A stretch of 64,000 nucleotides of DNA from a virus. Its lineage: Duplodnaviria > Heunggongvirae > Uroviricota > Caudoviricetes. Below, piece by piece: positions 1 to 9,064 of this stretch. Under the pieces are notes generated by a model. That model did not search any database. It saw nothing but the letters and a program-made list of their open reading frames with translations, and was not told the origin of the DNA. A program made the translations under genes and the position numbers. The stretch is taken from IMG/VR virus record IMGVR_UViG_3300032007_000002; one strand, given 5' to 3'. The stretch's first letter is position 1, and every line of letters begins with the position of its first letter.

Positions 1-92
1 ATATCGGTCGCGGGTTGTTGCACATCAGGGTGAGCAGGCCAAACAGCATGCAAAGCCCCGAAAGCACTATAAATGCGGAATATGTTTCGTAT

Positions 93-1547
93 GTGAACTA
101 CCCACAGCCTAAAGGCTGTGTGCTTCGAGTTTTCGCTTCGGCGGAGCCACTTGTACTAACCCAGTAGAACTGGGAGGTATAGAGGCGGCTACCTCAGCGG
201 AGGCGTGTTCCACGCACTCAGCTCTTTTAGACGAGCCAATCATCAAGACTACACGAGCGGAATGGGTGTCCCTGTCCATAATATACCCACAATCACACTT
301 GTAGATTCTATCAGCAAGTGTAGGGTGGTTGATACAACCGCACATCGGGCATAGCTTGGTGGTAGGTTCCCACTTTGAGATTTTGAAACTACGCCCGCTC
401 GCTTCGAGAGCGACAAGTCGTTGTTTCAGTGAACCTAGACAGGAAGACTGTACGGACTTGCCGAACAACCCTTTCTGCCAGTTCTTAATCTGCTCATCTT
501 GGAAGTAGATAACATCATAATCGGTTACTAGCTTGTTATATATCTTGTTGGCAATATCCTTTCGTTTATTAGCCAAATGTTCATACTCCCTAGCCAGTTG
601 ACACCTACATCTCCATCGCCGCTTGGAGCCCTTCTTGTCCTTGTGCCTGTTGAGCATTTTGCTCAGGTACTTTAGGTACTCCGATTCTTGCACTTTGCAG
701 TTGTACTTGTCTCCGTTAGATGTCGTTATGGAATCCTTTATTCCGAAATCAAGACCAACCTCTCGGTTGGTAGGGTTCCTTGGTGATTTCGGTAGCATAA
801 TGCTAATCTTCACATAGTAGCCAGATGCCTCGCGTACTAGCTTGGCATCAGCTATTTCAAACTGCTCAAATTGATTCAGTTGATTCAGTCCGTTGACTCG
901 GATTTTCTTGAACCCTGGAATAGTTATCCTACAACCATCAATTATTTTGGTGAACCCAGTAATAATGGGAATGCAATCTACTTGCCTCTTGAACTTCAAT
1001 GCACCTATCTTCCGTCCATGTGCCTTGGACTTCGCCAAGTTCACGATGTCAGTTTTCTTTTGTGCTACGGTTGCCCTATGAAGAACCGATGGTAAGGTAA
1101 TTCTCGATTGGACTTGATTCTTGTCCTTGTCGTAGTGGACTACATCACGATGTTCAGTGTACTTGTAGTCGAACATGCTATTGCCTGGATTGACTTTGGC
1201 CAAAGACAGCATGTCGTTGATTACCCATTTCGCTTCCTTGAAACATTGAGCCAGTTTCTGGAAGGTTTCTTTCGGATTATGTCTTATGGATACTTTAAGC
1301 TCGAATACCCGGCAGACTTGGGTCTGTCGTCTGGCCTTCGTTGCGGACATGCTTGCCCGTATCTTGGCCTTTGTATCTTCGCTTCTTACAAGTTCCATAT
1401 CTAATTTCTTGACTTCAATTAAAGTTTATAATACTTCAACTCAAATATAATATGATTTGACGGCTCTAGTATGTAATTTATTTCTTACATTCGGTACGGC
1501 GGGTCTTACCCACGCCCTAAAGGGCGTGAGCTTGCGACCGCCTATTT
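93..1547 (-). mobile_element. Non-autonomous IS200/IS605-family (IS1341-like) element carrying tnpB only
   Basis: Related subterminal hairpins at both ends (CACAGCCTAAAGGCTGTG 103-120; CACGCCCTAAAGGGCGTG 1511-1528). On the minus strand the right end reads ...GGGTAGTTCAC, and TGAC (1548-1551) precedes the left end. Lower GC than the flanks; no tnpA. Confidence 0.8.
109..1398 (-). CDS. tnpB: RNA-guided endonuclease TnpB
   Basis: RuvC-I (VGLDFGIK), RuvC-II region (YFQDEQIK), zinc finger CPMCG...CDCG, RuvC-III (DRDTHSA). Confidence 0.92.
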   Translation of the reverse strand: MELVRSEDTKAKIRASMSATKARRQTQVCRVFELKVSIRHNPKETFQKLAQCFKEAKWVINDMLSLAKVNPGNSMFDYKYTEHRDVVHYDKDKNQVQSRITLPSVLHRATVAQKKTDIVNLAKSKAHGRKIGALKFKRQVDCIPIITGFTKIIDGCRITIPGFKKIRVNGLNQLNQFEQFEIADAKLVREASGYYVKISIMLPKSPRNPTNREVGLDFGIKDSITTSNGDKYNCKVQESEYLKYLSKMLNRHKDKKGSKRRWRCRCQLAREYEHLANKRKDIANKIYNKLVTDYDVIYFQDEQIKNWQKGLFGKSVQSSCLGSLKQRLVALEASGRSFKISKWEPTTKLCPMCGCINHPTLADRIYKCDCGYIMDRDTHSARVVLMIGSSKRAECVEHASAEVAASIPPSSTGLVQVAPPKRKLEAHSL

Positions 1548-1573
1548 GTCACCCATCCGACGGCCCTGATACA

Positions 1574-1598
1574 AAATATAGCAATTTTTGCTATATTT
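1574..1598. promoter_or_regulatory. Divergent pair of early-type extended -10 promoters (TGCTATATTT on both strands)
   Basis: AAATATAGCA-ATTTT-TGCTATATTT; the motif recurs upstream of about 10 genes in the window. Confidence 0.7.
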
Positions 1599-1603
1599 AT
1601 GGC

Positions 1604-1990
1604 ATGGATAACAACGAACGCGACAAAAAATTTGAAGAAACCATCAAGTACCTCCAGTCGAAGGATACCCACTGCTCGGCAAATTACTACGACTGGAACG
1701 AATACGACGTGCAGCTGCCCTACGGCGTTGTCGAATTCAGGTTCAACAGGCTCAAGAGCGGGCGCAACTACAAGGACTGCTGTGCAACGCTGCGCTTCGC
1801 ATGGATCGATGCCCGGTACAAGCTGCCCGAGCGTATCAGCATCGGCAATCCCACCAAGGAGCCGAGCCCGGCCTACGTTGACGAGGTCGTGAAAATCGCC
1901 ACGGACATCCACGACAAGGTGATGAAACCCATCCTTGCAATCCCTTCCATGCTCGCGGATTCGATTGCAACCGCAAAATTTGTCAAATAA
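1604..1990 (+). CDS. Hypothetical protein (probably leaderless)
   Basis: ORF with phage-like codon bias; ATG 5 nt after the TGCTATATTT motif. Confidence 0.75.
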   Translation: MDNNERDKKFEETIKYLQSKDTHCSANYYDWNEYDVQLPYGVVEFRFNRLKSGRNYKDCCATLRFAWIDARYKLPERISIGNPTKEPSPAYVDEVVKIATDIHDKVMKPILAIPSMLADSIATAKFVK

Positions 1991-1999
1991 GGAGACACG

Positions 2000-2668
2000 A
2001 TGAAAACCAGTATCAACTCCCGTTCCGCCGTCTTGAAGCGGCTTTTCGAACACATGGACGGCAAGGTGTCCGGTGCCGACACCCTCACCTGGCTCGCCGA
2101 CCACGGCTTCCTCAACATGTCCGCGGTCCACCGCAGCTTCGACGAAGTGCTCTTCGATCCGAAGGCGCCCTGCATGGGCGCAATCACGGTAGACGACAAC
2201 CTTTTCATCCGCTGGAACGAGCATGTCCAGCGCACTGACGAGACTGACCCGCTTTCCCCGAAGGCCCTCATGACCACGGTGTCAATCGAAGGCAAGCTGC
2301 CGGGCATCGGCGAAGACCCGAACGTCAATAAGTTCGCGATGACCACAATCTCCCGCCACCCGGAAGACAAGCCGAACCGCCAGGAAGCTATCGCAATCGG
2401 CGTGATGAAGATCCTCCGCAGTCTGTATGCGTTCGGCGGTCATGGCAGCGCAAAGAAATTCTACGAACGCATCGTCAACGGCAAGTGCAAGGACTGCCGT
2501 GCGGTAAAGCTCATGGCTGAAGGAACCCACATCTATAACCGTTTCTTCGGTCCGGGCTTTTCGGCATCGCCCACTACGAACATGAACGTGGTAGACAAGA
2601 ACATGCTCCAGGATGCGATGGTTGACGCGCTGCAAACCGAAATCGCGGAGGAAGTCAGTAAGGCATAA
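2000..2668 (+). CDS. Hypothetical protein
   Basis: AGGAG RBS; 222 aa ORF with consistent codon bias. Confidence 0.8.
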   Translation: MKTSINSRSAVLKRLFEHMDGKVSGADTLTWLADHGFLNMSAVHRSFDEVLFDPKAPCMGAITVDDNLFIRWNEHVQRTDETDPLSPKALMTTVSIEGKLPGIGEDPNVNKFAMTTISRHPEDKPNRQEAIAIGVMKILRSLYAFGGHGSAKKFYERIVNGKCKDCRAVKLMAEGTHIYNRFFGPGFSASPTTNMNVVDKNMLQDAMVDALQTEIAEEVSKA

Positions 2669-2708
2669 GCCTCATTGGCATCTACTTTGCTCCCGATACC
2701 TATATAAA

Positions 2709-2738
2709 GGGTCCGCGCTACGGCGCGGGCCCGTTTTT
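2709..2738 (+). terminator. Intrinsic terminator
   Basis: GGGTCCGCGC-TACG-GCGCGGGCCC followed by a T run. Confidence 0.7.
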
Positions 2739-2779
2739 CGTAAAACCTAGTTTTCGGACGTAACAATGACCCCCGCGAC

Positions 2780-3745
2780 ATGGAAAACACCATCACATGC
2801 TGGCTTGGCGTGAACGAGAACGGTTCATTTACCCCGCACAGCATATTCGACTACCCCGACTGCATCCGCCACAAGTCGATAATCAACATTCTCGACTGGT
2901 CATTCGCCGTTACACTGAAGGAGACGTCCAACCGCGGGTGGAACTACATGTCGAAGTTCATTCAGAAGGTAGTCTATTCGGACGATCCGCTGGTGCTGTC
3001 CGAGGTCATCCGGCAGTCGTCCGGCTACGAAATCGGGAACATATCCGTATTCGCCGACACGTCCGTGTTCAACGAGATGATAAAGGCCGGCATATTCTGC
3101 CCGCTGGAAATCGTGTCGCCGCTGAAGAAGGTCGCCGTACAGCTCTACAAGACAACCGGCACCGAACAGCTGGCCGACAACAGATACCTGCACCACCTGG
3201 TACCGGTAAGCCTCGCGGATGACATAGATAGTGCGATCAACACCGCAATAGCGGTGGAAGAGATGGGGATGAACCGGGATGAACTGACCAAGCGGGCACA
3301 AAACTCCGTAACCAAGCAGCTCACCGAGCTGGAACGGATCAGCCGCGAGAACGAAGATGACGCATTGACATTCGACAGCGACGGCGACACGATGGTGGAG
3401 GAGAATACAAACCGGGCCCTCGTCAGGCTTTCCGACATCGTGGACGACGTGTGCGTCGATGTTGACCGGATGGAAGACGTAATCAACGGCTACGAGCCGA
3501 AAATCAACGAAATTTCAAAGAGGTCCTCCGCCGCGCTCACCCTAGCAAACTCCGCCATAAAGAAGCTCACCACGATGAAGGTGGCGTCCAGACAGAGCGT
3601 AGAGGACCTCGCTGAACATGTCGGGACGATTGTCACCGAGAAGACCGACCTGGAACGGAGCGTGTCCCGCATGCGCAAGGCACTGTATGCAATAACGGCA
3701 GTCGCCGGGGTGGCGATTGCCGCATTGTTCTATCTCGTATTGTAG
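2780..3745 (+). CDS. Coiled-coil protein with C-terminal membrane anchor
   Basis: Heptad-rich C-half ending in the hydrophobic ALYAITAVAGVAIAALFYLVL; AAAACCTAGTTTT motif upstream. Confidence 0.75.
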   Translation: MENTITCWLGVNENGSFTPHSIFDYPDCIRHKSIINILDWSFAVTLKETSNRGWNYMSKFIQKVVYSDDPLVLSEVIRQSSGYEIGNISVFADTSVFNEMIKAGIFCPLEIVSPLKKVAVQLYKTTGTEQLADNRYLHHLVPVSLADDIDSAINTAIAVEEMGMNRDELTKRAQNSVTKQLTELERISRENEDDALTFDSDGDTMVEENTNRALVRLSDIVDDVCVDVDRMEDVINGYEPKINEISKRSSAALTLANSAIKKLTTMKVASRQSVEDLAEHVGTIVTEKTDLERSVSRMRKALYAITAVAGVAIAALFYLVL

Positions 3746-4045
3746 CTACTTGGAAGCGTTGAATTCCTTCTTCCACTCAGGCACCAGTTCGGGGTGCCCG
3801 GCAAAGTTGAGCAGCGTCTCGATACCCTTCATTCTTCCCATCCAGAATTTCAGGACAGTGTTCATGAGGAACAGGCGGACTTCCGGCCCGGTTGTCCTGT
3901 CGTCAATGACCTTCTGCGCATCGTCGTAGAACTTCCGGCACATGAGCCAGCCCTTGTGGATGCCTTCCAGGTCCCCGAGGACGTTGTCGTAGATACGTTT
4001 CTGTTCCTCGGTAAACGAACGGATAATGTCATCGCGCAGTGGCAT
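3746..4045 (-). CDS. Hypothetical protein
   Basis: GGAGG upstream of the ATG at 4045; last gene of a coupled minus-strand run. Confidence 0.65.
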   Translation of the reverse strand: MPLRDDIIRSFTEEQKRIYDNVLGDLEGIHKGWLMCRKFYDDAQKVIDDRTTGPEVRLFLMNTVLKFWMGRMKGIETLLNFAGHPELVPEWKKEFNASK

Positions 4046-4487
4046 CGCCGACCTCCCATCCTTTCTGGCGGATAAAGACATTCGCCACATGGAACCCTTC
4101 CGGGCAGTCCTTTTCCGGGTCGAGACCGAGTATCTTCGCGCCTTTCAGGTTGAGCGGGACCAGGTCCTCGACCTTGTCCTCGACGGCGTGGGTGATGGCG
4201 GAATCGACGACATCGTCGTCGGCCATCTTGTCAACCTTGGTCTCCTTTCCGAAGACCTTCTGCATCTCCTTCCTGAGACGCGCCATGAGGAACGGATCCG
4301 CGCCGTATTGCGGGGTGTCCCCGTCGCCCTTGCGGGCTTCCAGGTACTTGTCCACGAACCCGCGGAGTTCCTCGTCGATTTCGATGTCGAAGAGCTTCTT
4401 GATCGTGACCGGCGGGCGGAACATCGGCAGGTCGGTCGCGTCGGACTTCAGCATCGTCTGTGCTGTGAACGTAGTTGTTATCTGCAT
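4029..4487 (-). CDS. Hypothetical protein
   Basis: ORF overlapping both neighbours in the minus-strand operon. Confidence 0.7.
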   Translation of the reverse strand: MQITTTFTAQTMLKSDATDLPMFRPPVTIKKLFDIEIDEELRGFVDKYLEARKGDGDTPQYGADPFLMARLRKEMQKVFGKETKVDKMADDDVVDSAITHAVEDKVEDLVPLNLKGAKILGLDPEKDCPEGFHVANVFIRQKGWEVGDATAR

Positions 4488-5290
4488 ATAATTTTCTCGA
4501 TGTCGGACCACTTCACCTTGCTGTACTTCATCACGTTGGCAAACGAGGTGTAGATGTTCCTGATGCGCTCGACCGTGCCCGGATGGGAGTCCATGCCGTC
4601 ATAGTTCTCGCGTTTCTTGCTGGTGAACATGAGGGACGCCATCTGGCATACAAAGGCTACGGCACCCAGTGCGCCGGTCCCGAGGGACTGAAGGACGGAA
4701 CATGCAAAGATGTCCGCACTTCGCTCGTCGTTGCGGTTGGTTGCGCCCGGATCGGCGCCCTGTCCGCGGAGCGAGTGCCACAGGCATACATGCCCCGCCT
4801 CGTGGGCGAGGACGCACGTCACCATCATCTGGAACATCCTGCGGGAAAGGTCGAGAAAGTAGCCGTCGGTCGGCAGGTTGAACTGGGCCATCATTTCGTT
4901 CATCACGTCGCCCGGGGAATTGAGGATAGAATCCACATGGGCGCTCTGGAACCTGAGCATCTTCTTCGCCTTGCCGGTGTTCCCGCCCATGAACAATACG
5001 GACGCGAACAGCGCGGAAACCCGGAGCCAACACATGATGCCGCGGGTAAACCTGATGGTCGGGTAATATTTGTGGGTCTTCTCGTCGACACGGAGACCGC
5101 CGTATGCGTTGATTACATCGGTCTTCTCGTCGTCATATTCGAACTGGCAATGGCTTGCGGGTGCCGCATGGGCAGGGTTGGCCATGATATAGGGGCTTCC
5201 AAGGACGAGCGTCCTTGCGTCGTAGAGAACCCGCATGAAGGATTTTTCGATCGCTTCGGAATCGTAGATTGGTTCAACTAGGCAGGGCAT
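4478..5290 (-). CDS. M48-like zinc metallopeptidase
   Basis: VLAHEAGH (HExxH), downstream E..AD (DERSAD) and SHPGTVERI motif typical of M48. Confidence 0.8.
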   Translation of the reverse strand: MPCLVEPIYDSEAIEKSFMRVLYDARTLVLGSPYIMANPAHAAPASHCQFEYDDEKTDVINAYGGLRVDEKTHKYYPTIRFTRGIMCWLRVSALFASVLFMGGNTGKAKKMLRFQSAHVDSILNSPGDVMNEMMAQFNLPTDGYFLDLSRRMFQMMVTCVLAHEAGHVCLWHSLRGQGADPGATNRNDERSADIFACSVLQSLGTGALGAVAFVCQMASLMFTSKKRENYDGMDSHPGTVERIRNIYTSFANVMKYSKVKWSDIEKIICR

Positions 5291-5538
5291 GCGTCAATCC
5301 CCTTTTCCGTGAGGAAGTTGACAATGTATGCCTGGAGTTCGGTCGACGGGCGCTTTTCCTTCATGAAGAGGGAAATCTGACGGGAGATTTCGCCCTTGTT
5401 CACGGATAGCCATGTCTTCCACTCCTCGTCCGTCATCGAGCCACGGTCCACCTTGAAGTAGCCGTTGTAGTCGCCGGACCATTTCGGGACGACAATCCGC
5501 ATCCCCTTTTCCTTCATCGCCGCGATGGTTGTAATCAT
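5278..5538 (-). CDS. Hypothetical protein
   Basis: ATG at 5538 with AGGA upstream; early and late motifs upstream. Confidence 0.65.
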   Translation of the reverse strand: MITTIAAMKEKGMRIVVPKWSGDYNGYFKVDRGSMTDEEWKTWLSVNKGEISRQISLFMKEKRPSTELQAYIVNFLTEKGIDACPA

Positions 5539-5652
5539 TTCAGTTCCTTGAATATAATAGTTTATGGAACGGCACGGGCCGCCCTTTAATGGAAATATAG
5601 CAAATTCCTCCCCGAAACTATAAACTATGAGCAAGATTTTACGGCAAATATC

Positions 5653-6345
5653 ATGGATTGGAGCGTTTACAACACCATCGACGGCATGAAGCAGGGCGCT
5701 GACCTGCGCAAGGCGGTCATTCTCGAAAGCGTACAGGAAGTCATGCTGATCTCCGCGCACAGCAGGGGAGAAATCCCGCAGGCCCAGTTCGAGAGCCTCC
5801 AGGACAAGCTGACCACCCTGAAAGACGGCGTCGCCAAGGCGGGCAAGTTCATGCGCACCCTCCTCGCGGCGGGCGTCCTCGGGGCATCCCTAGCGGCATG
5901 CGCCGGGAACCCGGGCCTCCAGGTGGACCCGTTGAAGACCGCGGAGTTCTCCGTCCAGGCCGACCGCGGCATGACCGACGAGCAGATTGCCGAGCTCGGG
6001 CAGGAATGCCTCGTGCTCATCACGCAGGAACTCGACCGCGACCAGGCGGACAACCCGAACCCGATCAACACGGACGGGTGGCGCAAGGCGACCGACCTGT
6101 ACAAGAAGATTGCCTCCGGCGAGCTCCACAGCCCGGCCTTCGAGAAGGCGCAGAAGGCACTCGCCGCGGCAAAGGACACCAACGACACGGCCGCGATTGA
6201 ACAGGCCGAGGCCGAACTCAAGCAGGCCAAGCAGCGCTCCATCGGCGCTCTCGTCGCCCCCATCAACAAGATGTATCACCAGAAGCTCGCGATGGCCCCG
6301 GACTTCCAGACATGGTTCGAGACCGACTCCAACATAGGCGGTTAA
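5653..6345 (+). CDS. Hypothetical late protein with an internal lipobox-like hydrophobic segment
   Basis: TATAAACTA at 5619; LLAAGVLGASLAAC segment; ILES/FES motifs. Confidence 0.7.
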   Translation: MDWSVYNTIDGMKQGADLRKAVILESVQEVMLISAHSRGEIPQAQFESLQDKLTTLKDGVAKAGKFMRTLLAAGVLGASLAACAGNPGLQVDPLKTAEFSVQADRGMTDEQIAELGQECLVLITQELDRDQADNPNPINTDGWRKATDLYKKIASGELHSPAFEKAQKALAAAKDTNDTAAIEQAEAELKQAKQRSIGALVAPINKMYHQKLAMAPDFQTWFETDSNIGG

Positions 6346-6974
6346 TGATGAACGACCCACTCTACGATTACGACAGCGCGAACAACCTCGCCGCGGCATG
6401 TGACGCCGCGTCGGAGCAGTCCGAGGAAAAGCAGGAGAAACTTGACCCGAACCGGTTCAAGGCCTACGTCGAGACCCCGGACAAGATACCGGAAGAGCGG
6501 CTGAACCAGCTCGTCGCAATCATCGACGGGAAGTATTCGTCCACGCCGAAGGATGCCGAGGTGGCGACCCGCCCGGTCCCGGCGACGCTCGACCGGCTCC
6601 TCAACTCCGACACCGTCGTGTATATATGCGACGAGGAGAACGGCGGCAACCCGGTGGCGGTCGCGACAATCGTCGACCCGACGCAGGAATCCTACCAGGG
6701 CTTCCGCCCGGTGGAGATTTATTCCCTCCTCACGGACAAGAACTTCGACGGCATGCTCCAGCAGGAGTTCTTCGCCGTTGACGAAGGCTACCGCGGCATG
6801 GGCCTCGGGACGGAGCTCCGTGCCCAGATAGCGAAGCTCGGCATCACTACGTTCACCGTGGTTGACGCGGATGACCGCGAGACCATGGTCGGCATGATCA
6901 ACAACGGTTACGAGATGGTCGCGGTAGTCCCCGACGACGGTTCCGGCCACCCCGTCCAAATCTGGGTAGGATAA
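6345..6974 (+). CDS. GNAT-fold acetyltransferase-like protein
   Basis: FAVDEGYRGMGLG resembles acetyl-CoA-binding motif A. Confidence 0.6.
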   Translation: MMNDPLYDYDSANNLAAACDAASEQSEEKQEKLDPNRFKAYVETPDKIPEERLNQLVAIIDGKYSSTPKDAEVATRPVPATLDRLLNSDTVVYICDEENGGNPVAVATIVDPTQESYQGFRPVEIYSLLTDKNFDGMLQQEFFAVDEGYRGMGLGTELRAQIAKLGITTFTVVDADDRETMVGMINNGYEMVAVVPDDGSGHPVQIWVG

Positions 6975-6976
6975 CA

Positions 6977-7327
6977 ATGAAAAAGCCTCCTTGCAGATGC
7001 AATCCCTCGCCGAACCCGTACCAGGACATCATGAGCCCGGCCTCGATGCCGTTCCTGCCGCCCGGCGCCTACGAGGAGGAAATCAACTTCGGCGTGAAGA
7101 AGTTCGTCGAGGTCCACGCGACCCCCGACCACGCGTTCGAGGCGGTCAAGCTGGCCGACGGGACCAACCGCCTCATCGCCCACGCCCACTGCCCGGGCGG
7201 GCATTGCCACAACAACGGCCCCCTGTTCATGCCGGGCAACGACGCCCACGGGGAAATATCCAACAGCGAGGGTATGGACGCCCCGAACTACTGGTTCAAC
7301 AATTCCGACTGCGGGCAAAATTTTTAA
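6977..7327 (+). CDS. Hypothetical Pro/Cys/His-rich protein
   Basis: Follows the previous gene directly, with AGGA RBS. Confidence 0.65.
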   Translation: MKKPPCRCNPSPNPYQDIMSPASMPFLPPGAYEEEINFGVKKFVEVHATPDHAFEAVKLADGTNRLIAHAHCPGGHCHNNGPLFMPGNDAHGEISNSEGMDAPNYWFNNSDCGQNF

Positions 7328-7438
7328 CGCCCGGACCCCGGAATTCTTGGTTTTTCGTATCAAAAAACCTATTTTTAGACTCAAGAGTCCCGCCGGGACC
7401 CATGGCTTTAACGACTTTATCGGAGTTTTTAGATCTTA

Positions 7439-7993
7439 ATGCGTTCACGCGACGAAATCAAGGCTTTCCTTAAACGAATGAACAGGTTCGACGGAAGCAT
7501 GGTCCAGAAGGCATGCGAGTTCGCGACATTCGCGCACGAGGGCCAGCTGGACAAGAGCGGCCAGGAATATGTGCAGCACCCGACCCGGGTGGCCAATGCG
7601 CTTGACCGCCAGTATGGGGACGACTCAATCACCGCAATCGCCTATCTCCACGACGTAATAGAGGAAGGGAACATGACCACATCGGACCTCATGCTCTATT
7701 TCCCGGAGGTCGTGTGGAAATGCGTGGAAATCCTCACCAGGCGCAAGAGCCTCGGCAGGGACGACTACATCAAGAAGGTCGGCGAGAACCTCATCACGAC
7801 GAAGATCAAGCTGGCCGACCTCGAAGACAACATGTCGATTGTCGGCAACAACTTGAAGAGCGACAAGGACTACGAGCGCTACGACAGGTACCAGAAGGAG
7901 TTCAACTACCTCAGCAGCCGCCTCGCGGAGTTCCGTGCAACCCTTTCCGAGGACGAACAGGCCACCGAAATGTATGCAAATTTCTTCATGTAG
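7439..7993 (+). CDS. RelA/SpoT-type HD-domain hydrolase (small alarmone hydrolase-like)
   Basis: FAHEGQLDKSGQEYVQHPTRVA, YLHDVIEE and IKLADLEDN match SpoT/Mesh1 hydrolase motifs; no synthetase domain. Confidence 0.85.
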   Translation: MRSRDEIKAFLKRMNRFDGSMVQKACEFATFAHEGQLDKSGQEYVQHPTRVANALDRQYGDDSITAIAYLHDVIEEGNMTTSDLMLYFPEVVWKCVEILTRRKSLGRDDYIKKVGENLITTKIKLADLEDNMSIVGNNLKSDKDYERYDRYQKEFNYLSSRLAEFRATLSEDEQATEMYANFFM

Positions 7994-8066
7994 GGGCCTA
8001 TTTCTTACGGGAAACTTACACAAAACTTATTTATTTATTATTTCTTCAAAATGGGGTCAAAAACCC

Positions 8067-8095
8067 TTGCCGGATGAAAAATAAATTGCTAAACT
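8067..8095 (+). promoter_or_regulatory. Sigma70-type promoter of the tRNA operon
   Basis: TTGCCG-17 bp-TAAACT with extended TG and an AT-rich upstream region. Confidence 0.7.
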
Positions 8096-8118
8096 TAATG
8101 GCAGAAAAGGAAAACACC

Positions 8119-8220
8119 ATGAAGCAACTATTTTCAGCATATCTCTCGAATGAACGCTTGGCATCCAGCAATGCCAGCCGTCATTTCGCATGCTATGCCG
8201 AAAGTGGCCTGCCCGGGTGA
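8119..8220 (+). CDS. 33-aa leader peptide of the tRNA-operon attenuator (MKQLFSAYLSNERLASSNASRHFACYAESGLPG)
   Basis: AAGGA RBS; composition matches the downstream tRNA set; 3' end overlaps the antiterminator strand. Confidence 0.8.
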   Translation: MKQLFSAYLSNERLASSNASRHFACYAESGLPG

Positions 8221-8265
8221 TAACCTCTTCTTCTTAGCCTTACTCGAAGAGAACCCCGGTGCAGG
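8208..8265 (+). promoter_or_regulatory. Antiterminator hairpin
   Basis: CCTGCCCGGG (8208-8217) pairs with CCCGG-t-GCAGG (8255-8265); CTCTTC (8225-8230) pairs with GAAGAG (8246-8251). Confidence 0.75.
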
Positions 8266-8290
8266 AAAACTGAACCGGGGTTCTTTCGTT
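8250..8290 (+). terminator. Conditional intrinsic terminator (attenuator) before the tRNA array
   Basis: AGAACCCCGGT-g-CAG-GAAAA-CTG-a-ACCGGGGTTCT with U-rich tail TTCTTTCGTT, 15 nt before the first tRNA. Confidence 0.8.
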
Positions 8291-8305
8291 AGGCGGCAAA
8301 CATTT

Positions 8306-8379
8306 GGGGGTGTAGCTCAGTTGGAAGAGCGCCTGATTTGCAATCAGGAGGTCATGGGTTCGAATCCCATCACGTTCCA
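8306..8379 (+). tRNA. tRNA-Ala(UGC)
   Basis: Cloverleaf; loop TTTGCAA; G3:U70; extra base in the 3' acceptor strand. Confidence 0.92.
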
Positions 8380-8389
8380 CTAAGACATT

Positions 8390-8463
8390 GGGGGTGTAGC
8401 TCAGTTGGAAGAGCGCCTGGTCCGCAACCAGGAGGTCATGGGTTCGAATCCCATCACGTTCCA
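8390..8463 (+). tRNA. tRNA-Ala(CGC)
   Basis: Same body as the first tRNA; loop TCCGCAA (C33). Confidence 0.85.
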
Positions 8464-8475
8464 CTAAGACATTTT

Positions 8476-8549
8476 GGGCCATTAGCTCAGCTGGTAGAGC
8501 GCCTGCATGGCATGCAGGAAGTCATCGGTTCGATCCCGATATGTGTCCA
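8476..8549 (+). tRNA. tRNA-Ala(GGC)
   Basis: Loop ATGGCAT; G3:U70; bulged acceptor stem. Confidence 0.92.
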
Positions 8550-8557
8550 CTAAAATT

Positions 8558-8631
8558 GGGGGTGTAGCTCAGTTGGAAGAGCGCCTGCATGGCATGCAGG
8601 AGGTCATGGGTTCGAATCCCATCACGTTCCA
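8558..8631 (+). tRNA. tRNA-Ala(GGC), second copy
   Basis: Body of the first tRNA with the anticodon arm of the third. Confidence 0.92.
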
Positions 8632-8635
8632 CTAT

Positions 8636-8708
8636 AGTTGCGTAGCTCAACTGGAAGAGCATCTCGCTACGAACGAGAAGGTTGTGGGTTCGACTCCCGC
8701 CGTGACCA
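8636..8708 (+). tRNA. tRNA-Arg(ACG)
   Basis: TCTCG-CTACGAA-CGAGA; A1xC72 mismatch. Confidence 0.9.
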
Positions 8709-8721
8709 CTAAGAAATTTTC

Positions 8722-8794
8722 GGGGCTGTAGCTCAGCTGGTAGAGCGGAGGATTGAAGATCCTCGCGTCGGTGGTTCGATTCCACCCGGCCCCA
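8722..8794 (+). tRNA. tRNA-Phe(GAA)
   Basis: GAGGA-TTGAAGA-TCCTC. Confidence 0.93.
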
Positions 8795-8807
8795 CTAAAA
8801 CATTTTT

Positions 8808-8880
8808 GGCCCATTCGTCTAGTGGACTAGGACAGTTGGTTTTCAGCCAAGGAACGTCGGTTCGAATCCGGCATGGGCTA
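8808..8880 (+). tRNA. tRNA-Glu(UUC)
   Basis: TTGG-TTTTCAG-CCAA; acceptor GGCCCAT/ATGGGCT. Confidence 0.9.
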
Positions 8881-8891
8881 CTAAAAATTAT

Positions 8892-8964
8892 TCCACCTTA
8901 GCTCAGTTGGTAGAGCGCCCGACTGTTAATCGGATGGTCCCTGGTTCGAGTCCAGGAGGTGGAG
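8892..8964 (+). tRNA. tRNA-Asn(GUU)
   Basis: CCGA-CTGTTAA-TCGG; U1-A72, G73. Confidence 0.93.
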
Positions 8965-8968
8965 CTAT

Positions 8969-9052
8969 GGAAGCGCAAGAGACTGGCGACTCAAGCGGTC
9001 TTGAAAACCGTGGTTCCGCAAGGGCTTGGGGGTTCGACTCCCTCCGCTTCCG
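8969..9052 (+). tRNA. tRNA-Ser(UGA)
   Basis: GCGGT-CTTGAAA-ACCGT; long variable arm; G73; atypical D arm. Confidence 0.85.
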
Positions 9053-9064
9053 CGAAGACATTTT

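Noticed and set aside
93-1547. IStron or autonomous IS
   Set aside because: No room for a group I intron and no tnpA; only about 150 nt separate the left end from tnpB.
7714-8220. 168-aa ORF
   Set aside because: It overlaps the HD hydrolase out of frame and crosses the promoter; only its last 33 codons have an RBS (the leader peptide).
8306-8634. Direct repeats with variable middles resembling a CRISPR array
   Set aside because: They are duplicated tRNA-Ala bodies with different anticodon arms; no cas genes are present.
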